This document shows positions 8,449 through 17,740 of a stretch of 59,420 bases of DNA, piece after piece. Numbering within the stretch: position 1 is the stretch's first letter; each line of letters begins with the position of its first letter. The notes below the pieces were generated by a model. That model ran no database searches. It was not told the DNA's origin and was given only the letters and a program-made list of their open reading frames with translations. A program made the position numbers and the translations under genes. Origin of the DNA: an archaeon (GTDB lineage Archaea; Nanobdellota; Nanobdellia; Woesearchaeales; UBA9642); NCBI GenBank assembly GCA_043806035.1, contig JAZDHK010000020.1:1-59420 (forward strand), given 5' to 3'.

Positions 8449-11400
8449 TCATGCTTGAGCAGTAAATACGACAATGCCTTCACAGCTGCCGTAGCTGCTC
8501 GTTGGTGCCTGCGCCTGCCAATACATGGTGTTCTGGTAGGGGCTGCTCTCATTATCTGTCGAGGGTATTTGGAAGTCTTGAATGACTTGCACTGAGCCGT
8601 TGATTGGTGTTTTTTCTGAGAATACTGAGGTGTTGGTGCTGAATCGTTGGAAGGACGAACTGATGTTGTTGTTCTGGCAGACGAAGCTCAGCCCGTCATT
8701 GATGCTGCTGCCATAGCCTTGCACGCTGACATGCAAGGGGACGTTACCCAGGTTGGTGATGTTTGCCATGACTTCTGCGCTGATATTGTCCGCCTCGATG
8801 TTGCCATAATCTATGCCTTCCGTGACATTCAATGCGTAGAGTTTATTCATAGTCACGGGTTTGACGCCATACGCGATGGCTGCAGAGTCAAGAGCGGTCA
8901 TGTTGCACCGCCACGTCCCGTTCTTGGCGACGTACCATATGCTGAAGGGGCAGCTACAGTTTATGCTCGTCAGCGTGTTATTAACACAAGAGCAGACAGT
9001 GGAATAGTGAAGTGTCACATTATCCGGGTCTGTAGGGCTGACCGTATCCAGATAGAATGTCGCATTGACGTTCTGAATGTCATCACGCCCGTTATCATCG
9101 GTCACCGTTGCGTTGCATTCGAGCGCTCGTGTCGTTCCCGCGTACAGGTCGATAGGGCTGAGCATGGCCATGCTGCTTAGGACAGGGGGGGAGTTATCTA
9201 TTTCCAGAAGGGAGGTAAGCGTGATATTCCCGTAGAATGTCGTCGGTCCAGAAATAGTCACGGTCCTGTTGCTGCTACCCCATGCGGCATTGTCCTGCTT
9301 GTCATAGCAGAGCACGTTCCACACGAAAGTAACGTTGCTGATGTTTGTTTGCGCGAACCAGTTCAGGCCTGAAGAGGCGTTCGCAAAACTCACGTTCGTC
9401 CAGCTGCCGGAGCTGTTCGTGTAGAGGGTGCAGTTGCTCGGGCTCACATCCGTCAACGTGTAGAAGAACGTGACGTTGCCGTCAGGATCGGTGTCATTGT
9501 CAAGAGGGGCGCGCAGCACCACTACTGGATTTTCCGTGTCTGCCGTGTACACATAATACCCTGACGTTCTCGTATTGCCCACGGTGTCTCTCGCAACAAC
9601 CCGCCAGTACCAGTTCTTGTTCGCTGCAAGGCTCACCACACTATACGTGTCCGTTGTGACGATGCTCTGGTCGATGCTGGAAAATGATGACGAATCATCG
9701 ATCTGGAGCGTGTAATTGCTGAAGTAGTCATCCGTACTCGGTTGCCAGGACAGGTTGATGGTGAGGTTGGAACTCACGGTCTGGTTGGGCGGGCTTGCAG
9801 GATTGAATGTCGAGGGAGGAGTGGTATCTATGGTTATCGTCCTCGTGCTGGAATTTGCTTCATTGCCTCCGCTGTCCGTGCAGTTCACACTCCACACGTA
9901 TATGCCCTGGGTAAGCGTTGCCGTAATGTTATTCCTTCCTGCTGTCGCTGCCTTGCTCGCATTCTTGGTATTGCTGAGGACGAGCCAGCACGTGCCCAAC
10001 GTGGAAGAATCGCTCACATTATAGAAGAAGGTGACGCTTGCATTCCTGTAAGAATCGTTGCCTGGGCTGTCGAGAACGACAAGTGGACCTTCTCTGTCGA
10101 TGATGAAATAATTTGTCCCGCTCTTGCCCAAATTGCCTGCAATATCGGTGCATGAGACGTTCCAGTAGTGCATGCCTGCCGTGAAGCCAGGCACACTCAC
10201 AGTATAGGGGGATGTGTTCGTCAACGCGTACGTGCCTATCTGCATATAGTCGATAATAACTGTGCAAGATGCGTTAGGGCTGTACACGTCCGTGAAGGAG
10301 AAGTTGAAGGTAAGTGTCGTATTCTGCGTCGTCATGTTTGGTGGAGCGTGCAACAGTATGGAAGGTGTTTGCTGATCGAGGATGATGAGCAAGCTGGTGT
10401 TTATTGCATTCTCTGCCTGATCAAGAACTTGCACCGTGATGTTGCGCACGCCACTTCCCGACAGGCTCACATTCTCCTGCACGGTAGAAGCATTCGTGAA
10501 ATTCCCTGAACGCTGGAATGCACCATCGACGAAAATGCTGTAGTTCAGCATGCTGCCCTTGTCATCCGTTCCTGTAAAGGAGAGGGCAATTGTCCCGTTT
10601 TTTGTCTGATTGCCCGGCTGCGGGCCGAGAATGGACGCGTTGGGCAGGACGGTGTCGAGCGTGAAGTTGCCAGGCAGAGAGGAGTTGGTGTTGTTGCTGT
10701 AATCCGTGCAGTTCACCCACCACGCATGCTGGCCTTCGCTCACAGCCGCCGTGAAATTGTTCACTCCATCATTGAGTATGCTCGTATTGTCTGTCGCAAA
10801 ATCACCGTCGATATAAAGAGTGCAGTTCATAACCGCGACTGCATCATGAGGAATGTACGAGAAGGCAACTGTGCTGTTCTTTGTCCAGGAATGCAGGGCA
10901 GGAAGGAGTAGGGTTGTGTTGGGAGGGGTGGCATCTGCAGTAATGTTGAACTGGCTGCCGTTATAGCCGATGAACGTGAGTTCTGCATGGGAGACTGCAC
11001 TGTAATTGGCATAGGATTGGTTCAAGGTGTTGAACACGGCAAATGCCAGTCCGCTCAGAGTGGTTGTATTTTGGAATCGTTGGACAAATCGTTGCTCTTG
11101 CCCCCCCGTTCCTGAAAGACCGGTTGTTGTGTTAAGATAACCGGTGAGGTTGACTTCATCCCAGCCAAAATAGTCATTCGTCGTGTGGGCTGCAGTCGTT
11201 GCGGAGGCAAACCTGACGAAGACGTTCTCCATGCAGGAAATGCCTGCGACTGAGCAGATGTCGCTCATGACGTATTCTGCGACGCTCGCCATGGCCGACC
11301 GCGATGCAGGAGTTGCACATCCTTCGCCTTGGGTGCAGTTGCTGATTTGCCTAAGCGTGTTGTCGTTGTCATAGACGAAGACGGCACTTCCTTCACTGGC

Positions 11401-14400
11401 AGTGTCCAGGCTGTATGCTGCTTGGTAGTAGCTCAGGTTTGCCTGCTGGCACGTAGTTCCTCCGCAGGCGCTCGTATTTAGCTTGAAATTGAGTCCGTCG
11501 TTCGCTGAATTCCTGTCCAGCCCTCCGCTTGCCTCAAGTCCTCGTGCACCTACGACGTTGACGTCGTTCGTTGAGCAGATGCCGTATGCGTTGCCCGCAT
11601 CTGTTTCCGTGCAATTGAAAAAACCATCCCAGGGAGTGCTGTTTTGGCACATCCTGTTGTAGGCATACTGGCAGGCGCCGTTGTCGAAGAGGAAGTCACT
11701 GCCTGCTTCGAAGCCATCATAGAATATGCTGTAGACGCCTCGTACGCTGGCATATTCTGGATCTTGCGCTTGGCTGTTATTATAATAGTACGTGTAATTG
11801 TATTCGTTGACGCTGTCATGGGTGGCATTTGCCAAGAACTTGATCAGGCAGAACGTCGCATCATCACCTGCAATAATCTCTACAGGGATCACTTCGCCCA
11901 GATGTGATACCACCCGGCTCTCATCGACGCAATTGCTGATGTTTCCCGAAAGATTGGTCATGTTCACTATGACTGGGACGAGAGCGAGATTCTCAGAAAG
12001 AGCGTTGCTCAGCAGTATGGGCTTTCGTCTGGCCCAGCTCACATTCCACCAGGGAATTGTTGAGTTTCCTTGAATGATGTCCGTTGTTACTGTAGCTCCT
12101 TGGATGGCTGAGCCGTACTGTCCCGTGACGTTCGTAGCGATGTTCGCGAACGATCCATATTCGTAGCTTTGCCTGTCCGTCGTAACAGAAACAAGTATCG
12201 TTGATGCTTCTTGCATGCTGAAATTGAACGTGCTGCTCTTGCCCGTATTTCCTGCACTGTCCAGACAGGTTATGTTCCAAAGATGGGTGGCGTTGCTGAC
12301 TGCCTTCGTGAAGGTGAGCGTCTCACCGACCTCTACTGATGTGTTGGCCTGCTGGAATGCACCATCAAGAAAGAAGCTGCAGTTCTGGAGCGTTGAGTCA
12401 TCGCTGACGACGTATTGGAAATTCACGGGATTAATGGATGTTGGGCTGTTGTTTGTTGGGGAGAGTAGCGTTATTTGCGGCGGCGTAACGTCCAGGACGG
12501 TGAGGAAGTGCGTCGCTGCTGCCTCAGTATAGTTCTCATTCTCGACGTACAGTGCCGTGATGTTGTACAGCCCAGGATATACGAAGATGCTGATGTTGGT
12601 CAGCGGGCTCTGGTCAGTCTGCACGAGCAAATCCTCGACATACAAGCTCACATTTCCTGAAGAAGGATCAAGAAGGATTATGGTGAGGTTTGCCGCAGTG
12701 TCTTCATTGATGCTTGCATTGCCGTCCGTGCCGTTCAAGGTGAGGTTGAGCAGTGTACTGTGCTTGTCCACTGTGTACATCGTGCTGTTGATCGTCAGTC
12801 TGCCGAGCGTGTCATTGGCATACCACCGCACTACGTACTGGCCGGGAATGATGTCAGTCGTGTTGTAGAAGAACAACGTGCCTTCCTGACTAGGTGTGTG
12901 ATTGCTGAATGGTCCCGAGAAGTTCTCTTCAAAAAGGACAGTATCAAGAAATGCATCCTCTATAGTGGCATTGAAGTGGAAGGCTTGGCCTGGACTGTAG
13001 ATTGCAGTATACGGCGTGTTTAGTGTAGACAGAAAAAGAGGTGCGTTCGCATCAACGTACACGGTCTGATTCTGTGTCCAGTTCTGCCAGCCTGCAGCAT
13101 CAACGCAGAGCACGTTCCACAGATAGGTGTTGTCAGGCAAGGTCACGTTGAGCACGTTTTCCGTGTCATTCACTGCCTCTGTCGTGATGTTTGGTCCGTA
13201 CACTTCTGAGAAGTTGCCATAGACGGTGCAGTTCCCCAAGTTCATGTCTACGGGTGTGAAGTTGAAGCCAACCAGTGACGTAGTGACGAAGGTTACGTCT
13301 TGCGGCGTGTGTACCTGCACGGTAGGTGGAGCAAGGTCTATGGTGAGCGTTCTCATATCGCTGAAGCCTTGCGTGTAGCTGCTGTTGTCTATGCACGTGA
13401 TATTCCATGCGTGCTCCTGTTCAGAGAGAGTGGTAGTGAAGGAAGACCATTGCCCGTTGATGACTGAGCTGTTTGTAAGTATGATAGCATCATCGATGAG
13501 GATGCTGCAGTTGGTGATACCGCTTGCATCAGTTGGTGTGTAGTTGAAGAACACTTGTGCAGTAGATGAGAAGTTGTTGTCAGGAGGCTCGTGAGGAATG
13601 ATGAACGGAGGATCGTATTCTATCGTGACAAGTACTGTCAACGTGTTAGCAGTACTGTTGCCGACAAAGCCTCTGCCGTCCGTGCAGTTCACGCTCCACG
13701 TGTGGATGCCGTTGGCGACGAAGACCGTGAAATTTTGGCTCTCACCCTCTGCTATGGATGTATCGGGAATGCCTGCTTGCACACCATCGACGATGAGTGT
13801 GCAGGAATCAACAGGAGACATGACATCCGTGACGTTATACGTGAAGAGTACGTTGTTCGTCGTTGTTTCAGAGCTTCCTGAAGAAGGAGCTTCGAGAGCA
13901 ATAATAGGCGCGTGTGTATCAACATAGAGTGTGTAGTTCTGCACAGCAAAACTGGTCAGGTCTGCAAAATCTGTACAGCGGGCATTCCACAAATAGATTC
14001 CATCAGAGAGGTTCACCGTGAAGAATGTGTACGTGTTGTTCTGGACTGACGTATTGGTCGCGTTCGCACCGAATGTCCCGTTGAAGTTTCCAAAGAGTGT
14101 GCAGTTGGCAATGTTTTCATCAATAGGAGTGATGTTAAAAAGCACCATTTCTGTCGTTTCGTACGAGTCAGGAAGGGGCGTGTTGAGCGTGACTGCAGGA
14201 GCGTTGATATCTGTTTTGTACGTGTAGTTTTGTGCGGCAGTCATGCTGGTAAAAACATCGTATGCACGGACTGTCCAATAATATGTCCTGTTCGGTAAGA
14301 GCGTGTCGTTCACCACATAGGACGTGTTGGTTATGGGTGTAAGAACATATGTTGTCGCATTGAAGAACGTGCTGTTCGTACTGACAAGTAAAGTGTAGTT

Positions 14401-17079
14401 GGCAAATGTCTCGTCTGACGTCTGCTGCCAGGTAAGGTTGGGGTTGAGGTTGGCGCTGACCGTCTGATTTGGGGGGGTGAGCAGGGAGAATGCTGCAGGA
14501 GGGCTGGCAAGCACGGTGAACGTAAGCGATGCATACGTCGTGATGTTGGTGTTGCCGGCAAGGTCGATAGCGTACACGGAGCTGACATTGTACAGTCCCG
14601 TGACATTCGTCTTGGTAATATTTGCCAGCCATGCAGTGCCTGCCTGCGTCAGAGTGATATTTTCTGTCGTGCTGTTGGGATAGCGCAATGTGGCATTGAC
14701 CTGGCTGGCGCCTTGTACCGTAACATTCAATCTGACCTTGTGTGATTGGTTGATGCTTGACTCATTGAGGGTTGCTGCAGTGATTGCAGGGGGAATGGTG
14801 TCGATGACGAATGAGTAATTACTTGTGTAGAATGCCGATTGCCCGAACCAGTCCGTGCAGTTCACGTTCCACACGTACGTGCTGTCCGGCAAGGTCAAGG
14901 TTATGTTCGTCAGCGTATTGTTGGAGACGTTCGTTATCGTCTCGTTAGGCGCCCACGCTTCCGAAAAATTTCCAAAGAGTGTACACGTCAGATTGCCATC
15001 GTCGTGGATTGCCGTGAAGTTGAAATCAGTAACATTCACGTTCTTGTAGCTGTCATTCTGCGGGTAGGAGAGGTTGGCGATGCTTGGCGGGAAGGGCTGC
15101 TGTTCAGTATAGCCGTTTACATAATAGTCTTGGGTGTTGTGCAGGATGATTTGTTGGAAGGTCTGGTTTTCGTCAAGGGCAGTAAGTTCTGTCGGTGTCT
15201 GGAAATTTCTGATGCTTGCGTCAGCATACCAGTCATTGCTGCTGCCCACCATACGCACCTGTCCTCGGGATATGCCGTTTCGTTGGCTTCGCCTGATGAG
15301 GATTGCGTTATTCGCTTTGCTGCTCGAGCTGCTCGTGACATTCGTGTCAATCCATGTGCTGAGATTATTTTGAGAGATATCTATGGGGTTGTCAAACAGG
15401 ACAACGGGAGCCGTACTTTTGAAGTAGCCAAGGATGAGAAAATAACCCGTCGCTGCACTACGATACGCATCGACGCTGTTGCTGTTCTGCCTGACAATGG
15501 AGAAGTATTGGCCGTTGGCGATGCCTTGGCTTGTCGACCATCCTGAAGCTGTTCCTTGTGGGCGTACTGCAATGGTATTTCCATTTGCACCCGTCATGAG
15601 CTTCATGATGAGTCCTTTTGCGCTGGACGGCACCCAGGCATTCACGTTGAGGGTCTGCCAACTTCCCGTTCCTGCATAAAGACTGGTGATATTCACCTGA
15701 TTATCGAAAAGAACGACCTCTTCGTCCGTGTAGCCAAGCAGATAAATTTTTCCTGCGACAGTGTCGATGATGCCTTCGAGATGTCGTGCTGCACTGATGG
15801 GTGTTATGGTGTACTGCATGCCATCCGCAAGGATGTAATCCTTGTTCATGGAATAGAAATCATCTGTGCTGACTGGTGATTTTGCGAGGACACGGATGTT
15901 TCCCGTATTCGTGTTCAACAAGGCAAGGACAACACCCGTCGCTCCCTCGGGAACGTAGCTCGAGACATCAATATCCGTCCACGCATCTATTCCTGCAGGA
16001 GTTATGTCGATGTAGTTCTTGAACAGTACTAGCCCTGAACTGCCTGCCATGTTGTGCGCGTATGCCGTGTACGGCCCGAAGGTGAATTCGAGATGGTGCC
16101 TGCCTGGCGTGAGCACGGTGCTGATTTCTTGGCCGGTTTCGTTACAAGAATAGTCATTAACAAAAATGCCGTCAGCCGTCTGCGTTGCAGGAATTTCTTG
16201 CCTACCGCACATGATTCTGACAAAGGAAAGATCACGTACAAATGACGTGCCATCCACTGCACGTATGCTCAGATTCTCTTTCCCTGTGGTGTTGAAGAAG
16301 ACTGTCCAGTTCCCTCCTACAAGAGGATAGCTCTGTACGTTGATGATGACGATGTTCGTTTCTGCAAAGATAGTTCCGGGTTGAGTAAGTTCGAGCGTGT
16401 ACGTCTGTCCTGGGACGATGTCTTTTATTTTTGTCCATGACGTGCATTTGCCGGTGCATTGCCAGACTTCCGTACCTGCAGCGGTGATGTTGAAGAGTGC
16501 AGAGGAGTATCGTGCGTTCGTGTTGAGCGAGAATGCCCGCTCGATTCTACGGTGAGGCACGGATGCGGGACTGATGTCCTGCTGTTCCACGCTCACCTGC
16601 GTGCCGTTCGCGAAGCGCATATCGTTGATGATGACGCTATTGACGGGAATCCCGACAGATGCACAAACGGGAAGGCACGGTTGTGCGATGACTGACGTGT
16701 CTTTTGCCGTGAAGGAGAACTGGTCACTGCGTAAGAGCTCTACATGGTCTGCCCTGAACGGATACTGCTGGTCGAGAAAGAACAACACGCCTGCTGTGCT
16801 TGCGATAAGGAAGAGCAGGATGATAACGAGCTGCCATGCAGTCAACCCTCTTTTCTTCTGCTCGAGCTTGCTCAGTTCTTTCTCGCAGCGTTTCAGCTGC
16901 CTGTCGTACAAGCTCATCCAGTATTTTGGGCTTTTCCCTCCAAGATCCCGCTTGATCTGCTGCTTGTATTCTTTTGTCGAGAGTTTGCCTTGCTTGTGGA
17001 GTTCGGCGAGTCGAGTGGTGTGGGCGTGCACTTGTTCTTTGTAGTGCTTGATGAGTTGTTGCTTATGGTGTGCGTCCAT
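8449..17079 (-). CDS. Giant surface protein (2876 aa) with Ig-like repeats, DUF2341-like module and C-terminal family A domain
   Basis: Basic N-terminus plus TM; many D..PP..L..P..CxL..W.V.C.D repeats; WWNVSWARRKPI; C-terminal LYALNVTEGIDYG..CEGIVVFTAQA. Confidence 0.85.
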   Translation of the reverse strand: MDAHHKQQLIKHYKEQVHAHTTRLAELHKQGKLSTKEYKQQIKRDLGGKSPKYWMSLYDRQLKRCEKELSKLEQKKRGLTAWQLVIILLFLIASTAGVLFFLDQQYPFRADHVELLRSDQFSFTAKDTSVIAQPCLPVCASVGIPVNSVIINDMRFANGTQVSVEQQDISPASVPHRRIERAFSLNTNARYSSALFNITAAGTEVWQCTGKCTSWTKIKDIVPGQTYTLELTQPGTIFAETNIVIINVQSYPLVGGNWTVFFNTTGKENLSIRAVDGTSFVRDLSFVRIMCGRQEIPATQTADGIFVNDYSCNETGQEISTVLTPGRHHLEFTFGPYTAYAHNMAGSSGLVLFKNYIDITPAGIDAWTDIDVSSYVPEGATGVVLALLNTNTGNIRVLAKSPVSTDDFYSMNKDYILADGMQYTITPISAARHLEGIIDTVAGKIYLLGYTDEEVVLFDNQVNITSLYAGTGSWQTLNVNAWVPSSAKGLIMKLMTGANGNTIAVRPQGTASGWSTSQGIANGQYFSIVRQNSNSVDAYRSAATGYFLILGYFKSTAPVVLFDNPIDISQNNLSTWIDTNVTSSSSSKANNAILIRRSQRNGISRGQVRMVGSSNDWYADASIRNFQTPTELTALDENQTFQQIILHNTQDYYVNGYTEQQPFPPSIANLSYPQNDSYKNVNVTDFNFTAIHDDGNLTCTLFGNFSEAWAPNETITNVSNNTLTNITLTLPDSTYVWNVNCTDWFGQSAFYTSNYSFVIDTIPPAITAATLNESSINQSHKVRLNVTVQGASQVNATLRYPNSTTENITLTQAGTAWLANITKTNVTGLYNVSSVYAIDLAGNTNITTYASLTFTVLASPPAAFSLLTPPNQTVSANLNPNLTWQQTSDETFANYTLLVSTNSTFFNATTYVLTPITNTSYVVNDTLLPNRTYYWTVRAYDVFTSMTAAQNYTYKTDINAPAVTLNTPLPDSYETTEMVLFNITPIDENIANCTLFGNFNGTFGANATNTSVQNNTYTFFTVNLSDGIYLWNARCTDFADLTSFAVQNYTLYVDTHAPIIALEAPSSGSSETTTNNVLFTYNVTDVMSPVDSCTLIVDGVQAGIPDTSIAEGESQNFTVFVANGIHTWSVNCTDGRGFVGNSTANTLTVLVTIEYDPPFIIPHEPPDNNFSSTAQVFFNYTPTDASGITNCSILIDDAIILTNSSVINGQWSSFTTTLSEQEHAWNITCIDNSSYTQGFSDMRTLTIDLAPPTVQVHTPQDVTFVTTSLVGFNFTPVDMNLGNCTVYGNFSEVYGPNITTEAVNDTENVLNVTLPDNTYLWNVLCVDAAGWQNWTQNQTVYVDANAPLFLSTLNTPYTAIYSPGQAFHFNATIEDAFLDTVLFEENFSGPFSNHTPSQEGTLFFYNTTDIIPGQYVVRWYANDTLGRLTINSTMYTVDKHSTLLNLTLNGTDGNASINEDTAANLTIILLDPSSGNVSLYVEDLLVQTDQSPLTNISIFVYPGLYNITALYVENENYTEAAATHFLTVLDVTPPQITLLSPTNNSPTSINPVNFQYVVSDDSTLQNCSFFLDGAFQQANTSVEVGETLTFTKAVSNATHLWNITCLDSAGNTGKSSTFNFSMQEASTILVSVTTDRQSYEYGSFANIATNVTGQYGSAIQGATVTTDIIQGNSTIPWWNVSWARRKPILLSNALSENLALVPVIVNMTNLSGNISNCVDESRVVSHLGEVIPVEIIAGDDATFCLIKFLANATHDSVNEYNYTYYYNNSQAQDPEYASVRGVYSIFYDGFEAGSDFLFDNGACQYAYNRMCQNSTPWDGFFNCTETDAGNAYGICSTNDVNVVGARGLEASGGLDRNSANDGLNFKLNTSACGGTTCQQANLSYYQAAYSLDTASEGSAVFVYDNDNTLRQISNCTQGEGCATPASRSAMASVAEYVMSDICSVAGISCMENVFVRFASATTAAHTTNDYFGWDEVNLTGYLNTTTGLSGTGGQEQRFVQRFQNTTTLSGLAFAVFNTLNQSYANYSAVSHAELTFIGYNGSQFNITADATPPNTTLLLPALHSWTKNSTVAFSYIPHDAVAVMNCTLYIDGDFATDNTSILNDGVNNFTAAVSEGQHAWWVNCTDYSNNTNSSLPGNFTLDTVLPNASILGPQPGNQTKNGTIALSFTGTDDKGSMLNYSIFVDGAFQRSGNFTNASTVQENVSLSGSGVRNITVQVLDQAENAINTSLLIILDQQTPSILLHAPPNMTTQNTTLTFNFSFTDVYSPNASCTVIIDYMQIGTYALTNTSPYTVSVPGFTAGMHYWNVSCTDIAGNLGKSGTNYFIIDREGPLVVLDSPGNDSYRNASVTFFYNVSDSSTLGTCWLVLSNTKNASKAATAGRNNITATLTQGIYVWSVNCTDSGGNEANSSTRTITIDTTPPSTFNPASPPNQTVSSNLTINLSWQPSTDDYFSNYTLQIDDSSSFSSIDQSIVTTDTYSVVSLAANKNWYWRVVARDTVGNTRTSGYYVYTADTENPVVVLRAPLDNDTDPDGNVTFFYTLTDVSPSNCTLYTNSSGSWTNVSFANASSGLNWFAQTNISNVTFVWNVLCYDKQDNAAWGSSNRTVTISGPTTFYGNITLTSLLEIDNSPPVLSSMAMLSPIDLYAGTTRALECNATVTDDNGRDDIQNVNATFYLDTVSPTDPDNVTLHYSTVCSCVNNTLTSINCSCPFSIWYVAKNGTWRCNMTALDSAAIAYGVKPVTMNKLYALNVTEGIDYGNIEADNISAEVMANITNLGNVPLHVSVQGYGSSINDGLSFVCQNNNISSSFQRFSTNTSVFSEKTPINGSVQVIQDFQIPSTDNESSPYQNTMYWQAQAPTSSYGSCEGIVVFTAQA

Positions 17080-17512
17080 GGAAATACCCGTAAATGTAGT
17101 GTTGTACGGAGTGTATGCCGAGCGTCTGTTCTATCGTGTGCAATGGTGTGTTGTGCAGGAACTGGTTGATGATGTAGCCTGTGCGGAACATGTGTGGCGT
17201 GAGCTTTCTGCAGAGGATGGTTTTGCCGTACTGGGCAATGAGTTGCTGAACGCGTCGTTGTGACAAGGTACCTCGTGCGCTCGAGAAGAAGCGTCCTTGC
17301 TGTTTTTTGAGTGCAGCATAAAGGGCATCACTTATGGCTCTGTTGGTCGTGCCTATGCGTATCGCTTTCGCCGCGATGTTTCGGGAGGTGAGTGAGAGTG
17401 CTTCTTCTACCGTACAGCCCGTCTCGAAAAGCACGTTAAGGAGTAGCCTGTCCCGTTCTTCGCTAATGCCTAGCTCGAGACGACGCATATCTGCAAGAGA
17501 AACGTACTCCAC
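17063..17512 (-). CDS. Degenerate tyrosine-recombinase catalytic-domain protein
   Basis: RDRLLLNVLFETGCTVEE (first catalytic Arg replaced by Thr), LSQRRVQQL, TPHMFR, TIEQTLG; only 149 aa; overlaps the giant gene start. Confidence 0.75.
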   Translation of the reverse strand: MEYVSLADMRRLELGISEERDRLLLNVLFETGCTVEEALSLTSRNIAAKAIRIGTTNRAISDALYAALKKQQGRFFSSARGTLSQRRVQQLIAQYGKTILCRKLTPHMFRTGYIINQFLHNTPLHTIEQTLGIHSVQHYIYGYFHGRTP

Positions 17513-17569
17513 ACACCCACTCCTATTTCGTTTTTTAATTATTTATGTATTTATGTGCATTATTGTCAA

Positions 17570-17587
17570 GCACATTTATAAATGTGC
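17570..17587. promoter_or_regulatory. Perfect 18-bp palindrome centred on a TATA box
   Basis: GCACATTTATAAATGTGC, ~58 nt upstream of the 17512 start. Confidence 0.6.
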
Positions 17588-17740
17588 CGTTTTCAGGAAC
17601 AGCATTCGAAACATCTTCTTTTATCGACAATAAGATTCAAAAAAAGTCAGTGTATCAAAGAAAGAATCTCAAGAGGAAGTCTGCAGAGAACAAATGAAGC
17701 CACCACTAATAAAATTTCGTTTTTTATTATTTTACGAAAT

